Part shown: positions 31,175 through 43,134 of the stretch, in pieces
Layout: each line of letters begins with the position of its first letter
Position numbering within the stretch: position 1 is the first letter of the stretch
Source: an uncultured Verrucomicrobiae bacterium
GTDB taxonomy: Bacteria > Verrucomicrobiota > Verrucomicrobiia > Limisphaerales > JAFGQR01
DNA: 64,000 bases
Direction of reading: 5' to 3'
NCBI GenBank assembly: GCA_963788655.1
Contig: CAWBHS010000062.1
Coordinates: forward strand, 1-64,000
Made by a program: the position numbers and the translations under genes
The notes under the pieces: model-generated
What the model saw: only the letters and a program-made list of their open reading frames with translations
Databases searched by the model: none
Told to the model about the DNA's origin: nothing

Positions 31175-31819
31175 ATGGAACACGAGAACACAAAGAATAA
31201 CGATTTGAATTCGGCGCCTCCGGCAGATGGTGGGGCCGCGCGGGAGATTCCGATTCAGGAATCGCCTACCGACGCTGCTCCCGCCGCGGAGGCCAACGAC
31301 CTGAGCCAGGAGGCGATTGAGGAGCTAAAGCTCGAAGCGGCGAAAGCCAAAGAGCATTGGGAGCGGTTGCTGCGGGCCAGTGCCGATTTCGAAAACTACA
31401 AGAAACGGATGACCCGGGAACGGCAGGAGACCAGTCGATATGCCAACGCCGGTTTGTTGGAGAAACTGATTCCCGTGCTGGACCACTTTGAAATGGCGCT
31501 GGCGGCCGCCCAAAACACGGCCGACGAGTCGGTGCGGGCCTTTCACGAGGGCATGACGATGATTTACCAACAACTGCGGTCGTCACTGGCCGAAGCCGGC
31601 TTGGAGGAGATTGACGCCCAAGGGCAGCCGTTTGATCACAATTGGCACGAAGCGGTGTCGCAACAAGCCTCCACCGAGGTTCCGGAGGGCCAGGTCTTGC
31701 AGCAATTGCGCAAAGGCTACAAGTTGCGCGACCGGTTGCTGCGCCCGGCCAGCGTGGTGGTGGCCAAACCGCCCGAGGCCACGGTGACGGATGGTCAACC
31801 AGCCCCGGCGGAATCCTGA
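31175..31819 (+). CDS. grpE: Nucleotide exchange factor GrpE
   Basis: RASADFENYKKR, LIPVLDHFE, FDHNWHEAV, KGYKLRDRLLRPASVVV. Confidence 0.95.
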   Translation: MEHENTKNNDLNSAPPADGGAAREIPIQESPTDAAPAAEANDLSQEAIEELKLEAAKAKEHWERLLRASADFENYKKRMTRERQETSRYANAGLLEKLIPVLDHFEMALAAAQNTADESVRAFHEGMTMIYQQLRSSLAEAGLEEIDAQGQPFDHNWHEAVSQQASTEVPEGQVLQQLRKGYKLRDRLLRPASVVVAKPPEATVTDGQPAPAES

Positions 31820-31825
31820 TTGACC

Positions 31826-32969
31826 ATGGCTAAACGCGACTTTTACGAAGTGCTGGGGGTCAGCAAAGACGCCAGCGGTGACGAGATCAAGAAGGCGTAT
31901 CGCAAGCTGGCGGTTAAATACCATCCGGACAAGAACCCCGGCGACAAAGCGGCCGAGGAAAAATTCAAGGAACTGGGCGAAGCTTACGAAGCCTTGAGCG
32001 AGCCGCAAAAACGGGCGGCCTATGATCAATACGGCCATGCGGCCTTTGATGCGCGGGCACGCGCCGGCCGCGGCGGATTTGGCGGCGGTTTCCATGATCC
32101 TTTCGACATTTTCCGCGAAGTGTTTGGCGGGCGCGGCGGCGGCAGTATTTTTGACGAGCTTTTCGGCAGGCGGTCAAGCCGATCCCACCGCACCACAGCG
32201 CGGCGATGACCTGCGTTATGATCTGGAGATTTCGTTCCTCGAAGCAGCGCAAGGGTGCGAGAAGGAAGTGTCCATTCCCAAACTGGAAACGTGCGAACAC
32301 TGTCATGGCAGCGGGGCGGAAGCCGGTTCCAAGACACGGATGTGCTCCACGTGCGGCGGACGCGGGCAAGTGGCGATGGCGCGCGGATTTTTCAGCATCA
32401 CCCAGACATGTTCGCGCTGCCATGGAGCGGGGCATATTATTGAACATCCCTGCCGCACTTGTCATGGCGCGGGGCGCCGCCGGCACACGTCCAAGATCAC
32501 CCTGAAGATTCCGGCGGGCGTGGACACCGGAGCGCGCTTGCGATCCACCGGGAACGGCGAAGCGGGGGTGCGCGGTGGACCGTCGGGGGATCTGTACGTG
32601 GCGTTGCACGTCGCGCCGGACGACCTGTTCGAACGGGAAGGGGATGATCTGCTTTGCGAGGTGCCGGTCAGTTTCATCCAGGCGGCTTTGGGATCGGAGA
32701 TTGAGGTGCCGACGCTCAATGGCCGGGCACACATTGCCATTCCGGCCGGCACGCAAACGGGCACGGTTTTCCGCCTGAAGGGCAAAGGGGTGAAGAACGT
32801 GCAAGGCTATGGATGGGGCGATTTGCACGTCCGCGTGGCCATCGAAGTGCCGACCCGCCTGAATACCGCGCAACGGGAGAAGCTCGAGGAGTTTGCCGCG
32901 CTTTGCGATGAGACGGTCAATCCCAGAAGCCAAAGCTTTTTTGAAAAAGCCAAAAATCTGTTCCGATGA
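31826..32969 (+). CDS. dnaJ: Chaperone DnaJ, frameshift near 32165
   Basis: J domain with HPD, G/F region, four CxxCxGxG repeats. Confidence 0.95.
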
Positions 32970-33104
32970 GCGGGATCGGGACTGACCAAAACTTTGAGGA
33001 TGAACGGCGTCGGCCCCCGAGCACTCTCCGCCACAGTTCGGCATTTGTTCCCATCACTCAACATTTCCATCCCCCGTGTTTGCACGTGTGATGATCTCCG
33101 TTTT

Positions 33105-33859
33105 ATGCACCGATTTTATCTTCCGCCCGAACAGTGTGGTGACACCGCTCTCGTCCTGAGCGGCCGCGAAGCGCACCATGGATTACACGTGTTGCGGCTC
33201 CGCGCCGGTGACCGGGTGGTGGTGCTTGACGGGGTGGGCCATGAGTTCCTGGGCGAAGTGCAGGAGCTGAGCGCGACACGATTCAAATCGCCGTCCGACA
33301 GAAGAATCCGATCCCCCCCCTGCCGTATCAGGTGACCTTGCTGCAAGCGATCCCCCGGGGCAAAACGTTTGACACGATTGTGCAAAAAGCCGCCGAACTG
33401 GGCGTCAGCCGGGTTGTGCCGGTGCTGTCGGAACGGGTGGTGACGCAGCTCCACGACGATCGGGCCGAACACAAGATTGAAAAGTGGCAAACCGCCGCCA
33501 TCGAAGCGATCAAGCAATGCGGCTCCGCCTGGCTGCCGCGGATCGACGTGCCCTTGGCCCCCAAAGCCTTCCTGGGGCAAGGAGAGAAATTTGATCTGCC
33601 GTTGGTGGCCTCGCTGCAGGATGATCGTCGGCACCCGCGCGAATGGTTTCAAAAATTTCACGCGGAACATCAGCAGTCGCCGCAGACCGTTTGTGTCTGG
33701 GTGGGACCGGAAGGCGACTTCACGCCAGCCGAACTGAACGCCATCAAAGGCGCCGGCGCCCTGCCCATCAGCCTGGGACGGTTGGTCCTTCGCAGCGAAA
33801 CCGCCGCGGTTTATTGTTTGTCGGTCCTGAACTACGAACTGCAGGCCGGCGGGAGTTGA
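33105..33859 (+). CDS. rsmE: 16S rRNA m3U1498 methyltransferase, frameshift near 33270
   Basis: MHRFY..HHGLHVLRL, QKAAELGV, EAIKQCG, VGPEGDFT, SLGRLVLRSETA. Confidence 0.92.
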
Positions 33860-33864
33860 ACCGA

Positions 33865-35001
33865 TCAATCACCGGCATGGCCATCGGCCGAACCGATGGT
33901 GGATTGGATCAACACTCGAAACGCCCGCCCTAAGTGTTCCGGGTGAATGAGGGTTTGAAATTGGCGAACGCGAGCCGGGGACCATGGTTCCGCTGGCGGG
34001 CTGGCTGCCCACATCTGTTTGGCAATCCCAGTCAGGAAACGCGACTGCGGCCAAAGACCGTCGGTGCGCAGTCCGACAGCTTCACCTGTGTTTTGCAGGT
34101 GAGTGAAGTTGACGTGCGCGGTGAGATCCTGCTCGCCGGGATTGGCCAAGGGATCCGGCACGAGATGATGCCCCCGGTAGGCGCGCAAGGTGCCATTGGC
34201 GCGCCGCGGATCCAGGAACTCCTCCGCGCACAACCCGTAGTCGATGGTCATCAACTTGCCGGTCTTGAGGACGTGGGCCGCCTGTTTCCACCAAGCGATG
34301 GCCAGTGGACAGATTTCCAGGGTAAATCCATCGGGCAACACCTGCCTGAGCGATTCCGGCAAGTCCAATCCAGCCAGTTGCAGCCAGGTTTCGACGGCCG
34401 CCGGCGAGGCAAGGGGAATTTGCTGCCAATTGAAGCTGCCATCATTGCAGCAATCCACTCCCCATTCAAACCAGACGCGGTTTCCCGCATCCCAGCCGAA
34501 TCGCCGGATTGGGAAAGAGTCGAGCAACTCATTGGAGAAGATGATTCCGGTCACGGCCTGTTCACCCAAGGCTTTCAAGTCGGAAAACCACTGAACTTGC
34601 TCCGGGAAGGCGTCGAGTTTGTTCGCCTGCCAGGCGCGCCGTTCTTCGGATGGTTCGATGATCAGGTATTGGAGTCGCTTGGCCACAGCCGGCCGGTTTT
34701 TGCCCAGCCAGTGCAAAATATCCGCCGCCAATTGCCCATCGTGAGCGCCGGCCTCGACGAGTTGCACCGGCGCCTCCGGCAGCGAGTCGATCCATTCGGC
34801 AAACTGGCAGGCCAGCAATTCGCCAAACAAGGAGCCGGTGCAGGGGCTGGTGTAAAAGTCTCCGCTCCTGCCGATTACGCCGGGCTGGCGCTCATAATAG
34901 CCGGCTTCCGCGTCATACAAGGCCAGTTCCATAAACCGGGCAAACGAGATAACTCCTTGCCGTTGAATTTCCTGGCGCAACCTTTTTGCAATCCGTGTCA
35001 T
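33865..35001 (-). CDS. SAM-dependent methyltransferase, MidA/NDUFAF7 family
   Basis: ISFARFMELALY..GYY, GDFYTS, VEAGAHDG, SNELLDSFP, IDYG, PGEQDLTAHVNF. Confidence 0.9.
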   Translation of the reverse strand: MTRIAKRLRQEIQRQGVISFARFMELALYDAEAGYYERQPGVIGRSGDFYTSPCTGSLFGELLACQFAEWIDSLPEAPVQLVEAGAHDGQLAADILHWLGKNRPAVAKRLQYLIIEPSEERRAWQANKLDAFPEQVQWFSDLKALGEQAVTGIIFSNELLDSFPIRRFGWDAGNRVWFEWGVDCCNDGSFNWQQIPLASPAAVETWLQLAGLDLPESLRQVLPDGFTLEICPLAIAWWKQAAHVLKTGKLMTIDYGLCAEEFLDPRRANGTLRAYRGHHLVPDPLANPGEQDLTAHVNFTHLQNTGEAVGLRTDGLWPQSRFLTGIAKQMWAASPPAEPWSPARVRQFQTLIHPEHLGRAFRVLIQSTIGSADGHAGD

Positions 35002-35056
35002 TAAGTTGCCCGCAGACGGGGCTTCGGTATTTGTTTTGCTTCCGCTAGAGGCCTGT

Positions 35057-36153
35057 ATGGCGAAAATCGACGCTTTCTTCAACCTAATGTTCGAGCAAAA
35101 GGCCTCGGATTTGCACCTTTCCTCGGGCAATCCGCCCATCTTGCGCATTCACGGCGAATTGCAGCGGGTTGATTTTCCGCCGCTCGAGAACGATTCGCTC
35201 AAAGCGATGCTCTACGAAATCGCGCCGGAATATAAAATCAAGGTGTTCGAGGAAACCGGCGACGTCGATTTCGGCTACGAAATACCGAATGTCTCGCGGT
35301 TCCGCGCCAATTTCTTCAATCAAAAGAATGGGATCGGCGCCGTTTTCCGGCAGATCCCCAGCAAGGTGGTTACCTTCGAAGATTTTGAAAAAATGGATGC
35401 TCCGTTGCCGCCGGTGCTGAAGAAATTCTCCATGCTTCAGCGCGGGTTGATATTGGTAACCGGCCCTACCGGTTCGGGCAAATCCACCACGTTGGCCGCG
35501 ATGCTGGACTACGCCAATCGCAACCGGCGCGACCATGTATTGACGATTGAAGATCCGATCGAATTTGTCCACGAGAGCAAGAATTGCCTGGTGAACCATC
35601 GCGAAGTAGGCGTCCACACCAAGGCGATTTGCCTCCGCCTTGCGCGGTGCCTTGCGCGAAGATCCCGACGTGATTCTGGTGGGGGAATTGCGGGACCTGG
35701 AGACGATTGAACTGGCCATCACCGCCGCCAGCACGGGCCATTTGGTTTTCGGCACGTTGCACACGCAAAGCGCCGCCAAAACCGTGGATCGCATCATCGA
35801 CGTTTTCCCCGCCGAACAACAAAACAAGATCCGGGCAACCCTGTCCGAAGCCCTGAAGGGGGTGGTCGCGCAAAACTTGTTCAAGCGGGTGGACAAGAAA
35901 GGCCGCGTCGCCGCTCTGGAAGTACTGGTGTTCACCACCGCGGTGGCCAATCTTGATTCGCGAGGGTAAAACGCACCAGATTCCCGGCATGATTCAGGTT
36001 GGCAAAAAACTGGGCAATCAGCCGCTGGATGATTCCATTATGGAACATCTGCGCATGAAGCGGATTTCGCCGGAAGAAGCGTACGACAAGTGTCTGGACA
36101 AACGGAAATTCCGTCCGTTCCTGACCAATCCACCTTTGGACGATGAAGCGTGA
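35057..36153 (+). CDS. pilT: Type IV pilus retraction ATPase PilT, frameshifts near 35630 and 35955
   Basis: [48 protein letters not shown]. Confidence 0.92.
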
Positions 36154-36260
36154 CCGGGACGATCAAGCCAATGAACATGCGGCGTCAACCGGCGACCCCA
36201 AGCCCGGTGGCTGGACGGGGACTTTTCCGGCCGTACGCGGATTCTATTTCCCTGACTAAC

Positions 36261-37465
36261 ATGCGCCGTAACGAGTTGGAATATGTGCTGAGCACCATGC
36301 TGGACTTCAGCAAGGATGTCTCGGATCTCAACTTCACCGTGGACAAACCGCTCCAGGTGGAGGTTTCTGGGGTGCTGACCCCGGTGCAACTGAATCCACC
36401 GATCGAGCGTTTGACACCGTTCCAAACGGAAATGCTCGCGCTCAACCTGATCGGGAACAACCAACGGCTCATCGATGACCTGCTGCGCACCGGTTCCTGC
36501 GATTCGTCCTACTCGCTGATGGACGGGCGCGGTTCCGCATCAATGTGTTTTCCCAGCGCGGCAACTACTCGATCGTGTTGCGCAAACTCAACGCCCGGAT
36601 TCCGACCATTGGCGATCTGAACCTGCCGGACATCGTCCTGCACTCCGCCAAGGAGAAGACCGGCTTGGTGCTGGTGACCGGGGCCACCGGTTCCGGCAAA
36701 TCCACCACCCTGGCCGCGATGCTCGAAGAGATCAATGCCAACGAGGCCATTCACATCATCACGCTGGAAGACCCGGTGGAATTTGTTTACCCGCAGAAGC
36801 AGGCCACCATCAACCAGCGCGAACTGGGCAACGATTTCGACAACTTTTCCAATGGCCTGCGCGCCGCCTTGCGCCAGGCGCCCAAGGTGATTCTGGTGGG
36901 TGAAATGCGGGATCGGGAGACGGTCGAAATCGCCTTGAGCGCCGCGGAAACCGGCCACCTGGTTTTCAGCACGCTGCACACCATTGATGCCGGCCAGACG
37001 ATCAATCGTATTCTGGGCATGTTCGAACCCGACGAACAGGAACAAATCCGCTATCGCCTGGCGGACACGATCCGCTGGATCATCAGCCAGCGCCTGGCAC
37101 CCAAGATTGGCGGCGGCCGCTATCCGCTGGTTGAAATCATGGGCGCAAACTTGCGCACCAAGGAATCGATTGTCTTGGGTGAGAGCGAAGGGAAGAGCTT
37201 CTATGAGATCATTGAAGCCAGCCAAACCTTCGGCTGGCGGACGTTTGACGCCTCCTGCCTGGATGCGTTTGCCCGCGGGATCATTAGCGAGGAGATGGCC
37301 CTGGCCTATTGCAGCAAGCGCGGCATCGTGACCCGGGGCATTGACAATCTCAAGAAGAGCCGCGGCGAGGCGACCTCCAATATCACGGAATTGCGGATGA
37401 CGCCGAAAGCCGATCCGGCCAAGTTCGTTCCCGGGAACGTCCCCGCCTCCCTGCGACTGAAGTAA
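36261..37465 (+). CDS. PilT/PilU family ATPase, frameshift near 36530
   Basis: [42 protein letters not shown]. Confidence 0.9.
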
Positions 37466-37468
37466 GCC

Positions 37469-37930
37469 ATGACGAACGATTTTGAATTCATCACCGCGAA
37501 CGACAAGCCGGCGCTGCTGGGCTTGTCCACTCCCGAGCTGCAGGAAACGGCGAAAACTGCGTTCGATCAACTGGGCTTTAAAGTTCACACCGCCATCAAC
37601 CATGGGGAACTGCTCTATAAATTTGCCCAGATTCCCTATCAGGTGGTGGTGTTGGAAGAATTGTTCTCCGCTTCCAAACCCGAAGAAAACGAGAGCCTGA
37701 TCGCCTTGCAGCACATGCCGATGAGCCTGCGCCGCCACGCGGTCATTGTTCTCTTCGGTTTTTCGATGGCGACCTTCAATCCCTTGCAGGCCTTCCAATG
37801 CGGCGTGCATGCGGTCGTGAATCCCTCGGAGATGTTCTTGTTGATCCAATTGATTCAAAAGGCCGTGGCGGACAACGACCTTTTCCTGCACTCCTTCCGC
37901 GAAGCGCACAAACGCGGGCGCGTGGCCTAG
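37469..37930 (+). CDS. Hypothetical protein (receiver-like fold possible)
   Basis: 153-aa ORF starting 3 bp after the second pilT-family gene. Confidence 0.7.
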   Translation: MTNDFEFITANDKPALLGLSTPELQETAKTAFDQLGFKVHTAINHGELLYKFAQIPYQVVVLEELFSASKPEENESLIALQHMPMSLRRHAVIVLFGFSMATFNPLQAFQCGVHAVVNPSEMFLLIQLIQKAVADNDLFLHSFREAHKRGRVA

Positions 37931-38357
37931 CGTTCGGCAACAAGTAACGTGCTGTCGGCGTCCCGCCGGCAGAAACGAATGGCGAAGGGCTGTCCAGAAC
38001 CGCAAATATTTTGGATGGCTCAATTAACCGCAAAGTCACGAAGAGCGCATAGAATCTCATCAGCATCCTTTGCGCTCTTCGTGTCTTTGTGGTTAATCAG
38101 GCCATCCCCCGCCATCATCACATTCGAAGTCAATACTCGCCTCACATGGGTTGCGACTCCCCGCACCGGGCACTTGGTAATTGAGTAAAAGTAAGAGCAG
38201 GAGCAAGAGCAGGAATTGAGTTGGCGCTTGTTTGCTTGTTCGACATCAGCGTCAACCCACTTCCGCACGCCCCGTTCCCAACTGCCGGCAGAACGCTGGG
38301 CCGCACGCTGAGGTCTTTTTCCTTTTCTGAACGCACCGTTTCCTTCTTAACTGGCGC

Positions 38358-39102
38358 ATGAAACGCCTGGATGTGGCCCTGGTCGAGCGCGGTTTGTGCG
38401 ACAGCCGCGAAAAGGCCAAACGCCTGATCATGGCCGCGCAGGTCAGGATCAACCAACACCCGGCGCGCAAGCCCAGCGACGCGGTCAAAGACACTGACGA
38501 TCTCCGGCTGCTGGCGCGCGAGAAATATGTCAGCCGGGGCGGCCACAAATTGGAGCACGCGCTGCAGCACTTTCAAGTGTCGGTGGGCAACCTGACCGCC
38601 ATTGACCTCGGGGCTTCGACCGGCGGCTTCACCGATTGCTTGCTGCAACACGGCGCTGCTCGCGTGTACGCCGTGGACGTGGGACAGGGGCAACTGGCCT
38701 GGACGTTGCGCCAGGATCCGCGGGTGGTGGTCATGGAACGGACCAATGCCCGGACATTGAGCCCACAGCGATTTCCGGCACCGTTTGCCCCGGTGGAACT
38801 CGTCGTCATCGATTGCTCGTTTATTTCCCTGCGCAAAATCCTGCCCGCCGCCATTGCATTGCTGGGCGCGGCTGGTAGGATCATCGCGCTGGTTAAACCC
38901 CAGTTCGAAGCGGGCAAGGCCGAAGCTGACAAAGGCGAAGGCGTGATTACGGATCCGGCCGTTCACGAGCGGGTGTTGCAGGAGCTTGCGTGAATTCATC
39001 GCCCACGAAACCCCGTTGGTTTGGCGCGGGCTGACCGAATCCCCGCTGCGGGGACCGGCGGGCAACAAAGAATTTTTGGTGCTGCTTGAAAAAGAACCAT
39101 AA
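38358..39102 (+). CDS. tlyA: TlyA family rRNA methyltransferase, frameshift near 38990
   Basis: S4 domain RLDVALVERG, YVSRGGHKL, DLGASTGGFTD, LVKPQFE; SPLRGPAGNKEFL in the next frame. Confidence 0.92.
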
Positions 39103-39971
39103 ATCCATCCGGCGCGTTGGGCTGATCGCCAACTCGGACAAGGCGGCTTGCGGCAAACTGGTCCAGCGCGCGGCTCAACTCATCCACGAAGACGGGACGG
39201 ACGGTCTTCGCCGACCAGGCCACCGCCGAATTGGTCGGTTGGAAAAAGGAAACCTATGCCGACGCGGCCTCCCTGACGAAGCGGGTGGACCTGTTGATTG
39301 TCTTTGGCGGCGACGGGACGATGTTGCGGGTGGCGCGAGACATTGCCGGTTCCACGACGCCGATCCTGGGCATCAACGCCGGGGGATTGGGCTTTCTGAC
39401 CGATGTCCAGGCCCATCAAATGCCGCTGGCCTTGAACCAGGTTTGGGCCGGCGAAACCCAGTTGGCTTCGCGCTCCATGATCGAGGCCACAGGCCGGGTC
39501 GAAGGACGGGTGGTGAAGTTGCCGGCGTTGAACGACATTGTAATCTCGCGCGGCTTTGCACCCCACCTGGTGGATTTGGAAGTGACTGTGGACGGCGATA
39601 TTCTCACGCGCTATCGCTGCGACGGTTTAATCGTGTGTTCCCCCACCGGTTCGACGGCTTACTCCCTGTCGGCGGGCGGCGCCATTGTCGGCCCAACGGC
39701 GGAGGTGTTCGCTCTCACACCGATTTGTCCGCACACGTTGTCCAATCGCTCGGTGATCGTCGGATTGCAGTCCACTCTCCGCGTCAAGGTGTTGACCGCC
39801 AAGGCGGATACGGTGTTGTCAGCGGATGGCCAGGGGCCCACCCCCTTGACCTGCGGCGACATCATCACCATCCGCCGGAGCCGCCATGCCATCCGGTTTT
39901 TGCATTTGGCCGGCAGCAGCTTTTACGACACGCTGCGACGCAAGTTGAACTGGCGTGGCGCCAGTGTGTGA
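39086..39971 (+). CDS. nadK: NAD kinase, frameshift near 39195
   Basis: GGDGTML, GINAGGLGFL, LND, DGLIVCSPTGSTAYSLSAGG, PICPHTL. Confidence 0.93.
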
Positions 39972-40041
39972 GCGGGGGCAGGATTGGTTTCTTCCTGTCC
40001 GGAATTGAATTGCGAACGGAAGAGAAAGGCAGAACAGGCTT

Positions 40042-41070
40042 ATGGTACGCTTGAAAGATGTGGCCGCCCGCGCAGGGGTGTCCATCATGACCGTCTCCAA
40101 AGTGATGCGCGACGCATCGGACATTTCCGCGGCCACCAAGGCCCGGGTCCGGCAATTAGCCCTCCAGATGGGTTACATGCCCGATGCCATGGCGCAAAGC
40201 CTGCGCACCCGCACCACCAAGCTTTTTGGCCTGGTCGTTTCCACGGTGACTAATCCCATTGTAGCTCGCGTGGTGATGGCCATCGAAGGACAGGCCTTCG
40301 CGATGGGTTATGATCTGCTCGTAGCCCATTCACTCAACCTGCCGGAACGCGAGGAGCAAGTCATTCGCAAGATGCTGTCACGCCGGGTCGAAGGGCTGTT
40401 CATTTCGCCGGTGTACCGGTTGAAACCGCAAGCGCCCATTTACGAAGAACTCAGCAAACGGAACACGCCGACAGTCATCCTGGGCCAACGCGCACCGTTT
40501 TGCGAAAAGTTCACGGGGGTCGAGGTCGATGACCTGGCCGCCAGTTACCAAGTCACTAAGCATCTGTTGGAACTGGGGCATCGGCGGATTGCTTTCTTTG
40601 CCGGGGCGCAACTGTGGCCGTATTCCCAGGAACGCCTGGAAGGCTACCGGCGGGCGCTGCGCGATGCGAACGTCCCCTGGGATGACCGGTTGGTCTTTCT
40701 CGCCAGCAGCACGATCGAGGGAGGAGAGAAGACGACTCTGCAAATGTTGAACGAATCGCCCCAGGCCACCGCGATCCAGGCGGTCAACGATCAGGTGGCC
40801 ATTGGCGCCGTCAATGTTTTGTTGAATCAGGGGCTGCGCATTCCGGCCGATGTGTCAGTGGCCGGTTATGGCAACATTATGGCCAGCGAATATTTCCAAG
40901 TGCCCTTGACCACCGTCAACCACCCCAAAATGCGGCTGGGGCTGGCAGCCACGGAACTCATGCAGCAATTGCTGAAACAGGAACGGCCGGAATCCAAACG
41001 GCTGGGCGCCGAGTTGGTGGTCCGCAGCAGCACCGGCCCCGCGCCGTCACGAAAAAGTCCGGCTCCCTGA
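40042..41070 (+). CDS. LacI family transcriptional regulator
   Basis: LKDVAARAGVSIMTVSKV HTH; sugar-binding domain; PLTTV. Confidence 0.93.
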   Translation: MVRLKDVAARAGVSIMTVSKVMRDASDISAATKARVRQLALQMGYMPDAMAQSLRTRTTKLFGLVVSTVTNPIVARVVMAIEGQAFAMGYDLLVAHSLNLPEREEQVIRKMLSRRVEGLFISPVYRLKPQAPIYEELSKRNTPTVILGQRAPFCEKFTGVEVDDLAASYQVTKHLLELGHRRIAFFAGAQLWPYSQERLEGYRRALRDANVPWDDRLVFLASSTIEGGEKTTLQMLNESPQATAIQAVNDQVAIGAVNVLLNQGLRIPADVSVAGYGNIMASEYFQVPLTTVNHPKMRLGLAATELMQQLLKQERPESKRLGAELVVRSSTGPAPSRKSPAP

Positions 41071-41118
41071 TCAACCCCACCTCCGGCGTGCCGCGTGCGT
41101 GCTCACTCCTCCCCTGCC

Positions 41119-42615
41119 CTACTGCTCGCCAAGTTGTTGCAGAATCTTCAGGCAGCGTTCATTGAGCTCGCTCGCTCGCGGTGAGGACGCCGCTTCCGTG
41201 TAACATCGAAATTCCGGGGCATTACCCGACGGTCGCAGATGAACAATTTCGTCGTTGGCGAACGTCACGCGCACTCCGTCCGTCCGATCAATCGCCACGA
41301 CCGGTCCGTTCTCAGTTCCAAAAACCGCCACCAGTGCTTGTTTATCTTCGTCGGCGTTGCCCGTATTGAATCGCTCCAAAATAGCCCGGCTGCGGGCCGT
41401 CGGAAAATTCTTCAACCGGTCGCTGGCCGTGTAACGGGTGGGCAGTGAAGCCGTCAGTTGGCTGAGGGTCCGCTGCTCGCGACGTGCCAGCAACAAGACG
41501 CTTAACAGCAAAATCATCGCGTCGCGCGTGGGCAAAGCCCGCAGTGTTTTTCCACCCAGACCAAGGTCCGAATTGATAAGAAAGCCGCCGTTGGCTTCGT
41601 AACCAACGACGCGCCGGGCCCCCTGGGCCGAGGCTTCAATCATGGAAGTAATCACGTAGGGCGAGCCAATCCGGGTACGCCGGACTTCGTTGAACCAGCC
41701 ACATTTCTCAACGGCGGTATTGCAACTGACCGGCGTGCTCACCGAGTCGGCTTCCAAATATCGGGCGCACAAAATTCCGGCGACGTCACCGCGCAGCCAG
41801 TTACCCTGCTCGTCACTGATCAGGGGCCGATCACTGTCCCCGTCCGTGGAGACAATGGCGTCGAAACGGTGCGGCGCCGCCCACTGCCGCGCGAGTTGGA
41901 TGTCCTCGGGTCGGATGGCCTCGGTATCCACCGGGATGAATTTCTCCGAACGCCCTAAGGGAACGGTTTCCGCTCCCAGACCATGCAAGATCTCGAGCAA
42001 CAACTCCCGTCCGACCGCTGAATGCTGGTACACGCCCAATCGCAGGCCGCGCAAACAATCCGGCGGAAAGGCCTCCAGATACCGCGCCGCGTAGGCCTGG
42101 CGGGCATAGTCCTGCACCAACCAAGCCGTGTCTGCCTGCCGCACCAGGCTGCCCTGCTCATCAAACAATTGGTCTTCGATTTCGATTATCTGCTGACGAA
42201 TGCCCGCCTCGTCCGGCTTCAGAATTTCGCCGGCGCACTTGTTGAATTTGATACCGTTGCGGTCATCGGGGATGTGGCTGCCAGTGACCATCACGGCCGG
42301 TATTCTCTGGACCAGGCCAAATAACGCGACCGCCGGTGACGGAATCCTGCCGCAGTTCACCGCGATGCAGCCCAAATCCGTCGCGGCCCGGCACACCGCC
42401 TCGACGATACGGTCGGTGCTGGGCCGCAAATCTCCGGCGACGGCCACCTGGGTGCCCGAACCGGTAATTTCGCCGACAGATTGCAGGTACTGCAAGAATC
42501 CCCGCGTATAGGCGTAACACACCCGGTCGGTCATGGCGTCCGCCAGACCACGCGCGCCGCTGGTGCCGAACTGGACGCCCGACTGCTCCATCAATTCTTC
42601 AATGCTGATTTTCAT
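41119..42615 (-). CDS. Phosphomannomutase / phosphoglucomutase
   Basis: FGTSGARG, TGSHIP..RNGIK, DGDSDRP, GYEANGG, RPSGNAPE. Confidence 0.93.
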   Translation of the reverse strand: MKISIEELMEQSGVQFGTSGARGLADAMTDRVCYAYTRGFLQYLQSVGEITGSGTQVAVAGDLRPSTDRIVEAVCRAATDLGCIAVNCGRIPSPAVALFGLVQRIPAVMVTGSHIPDDRNGIKFNKCAGEILKPDEAGIRQQIIEIEDQLFDEQGSLVRQADTAWLVQDYARQAYAARYLEAFPPDCLRGLRLGVYQHSAVGRELLLEILHGLGAETVPLGRSEKFIPVDTEAIRPEDIQLARQWAAPHRFDAIVSTDGDSDRPLISDEQGNWLRGDVAGILCARYLEADSVSTPVSCNTAVEKCGWFNEVRRTRIGSPYVITSMIEASAQGARRVVGYEANGGFLINSDLGLGGKTLRALPTRDAMILLLSVLLLARREQRTLSQLTASLPTRYTASDRLKNFPTARSRAILERFNTGNADEDKQALVAVFGTENGPVVAIDRTDGVRVTFANDEIVHLRPSGNAPEFRCYTEAASSPRASELNERCLKILQQLGEQ

Positions 42616-42917
42616 GCTGTGCTAAGCCACCACGGACCAACCAACTGCTTTCGAGGATTAGAAGTAGAAGCAAACCACGCGCCAGTCAATGCAGCCAGCA
42701 GTGCAGTGGTGAAAGGTTGAAACGGAAGAACGCTTTGTGGCTGCTTACGAACAATTTCGATTGTTGCCGTACCGGGCAGCGTAGCCGCAATCCAAGTAGC
42801 GTGAATATCGACTTCGAACGTCGTGACGTGGGTGGATAGCCTGATTCCAGACTGTTTGTGGTCGAGGAGATTTGGGGCGTGGCTCAGCACCCCGGTGGCG
42901 TAACCCCAGCGGGAAAG

Positions 42918-42941
42918 GGCTCGACGGAGTCTCGCCCTACC
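42918..42941 (-). repeat. Single GTAG-type REP
   Basis: Minus strand GGTAGGGCGAGACTCCGTCGAGCC: GTAG followed by an imperfect hairpin. Confidence 0.6.
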
Positions 42942-43134
42942 GTTCGCTCTCACGCAACGGGACCGCAGCCCTTACTTGGAATCAGTCGGTTGAGTTTCCG
43001 GCTTGGCTGCTGGGGCGGGCGCTGGTTTTTCGACCGGCTTCGGATTACTGGGAGCGGCGTTGGTGGCCGGAGCCGATTCTTTGGGCTTAGCCGGAGCTGC
43101 GCCTTGATCCGTGCTTGAAGGGAATGGAACCGAT

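Noticed and set aside
38190..38220. GAGCAG/GAGCAA hexamer run giving a CSCSCS peptide
   Set aside because: Short intergenic simple repeat; no support for a coding role.
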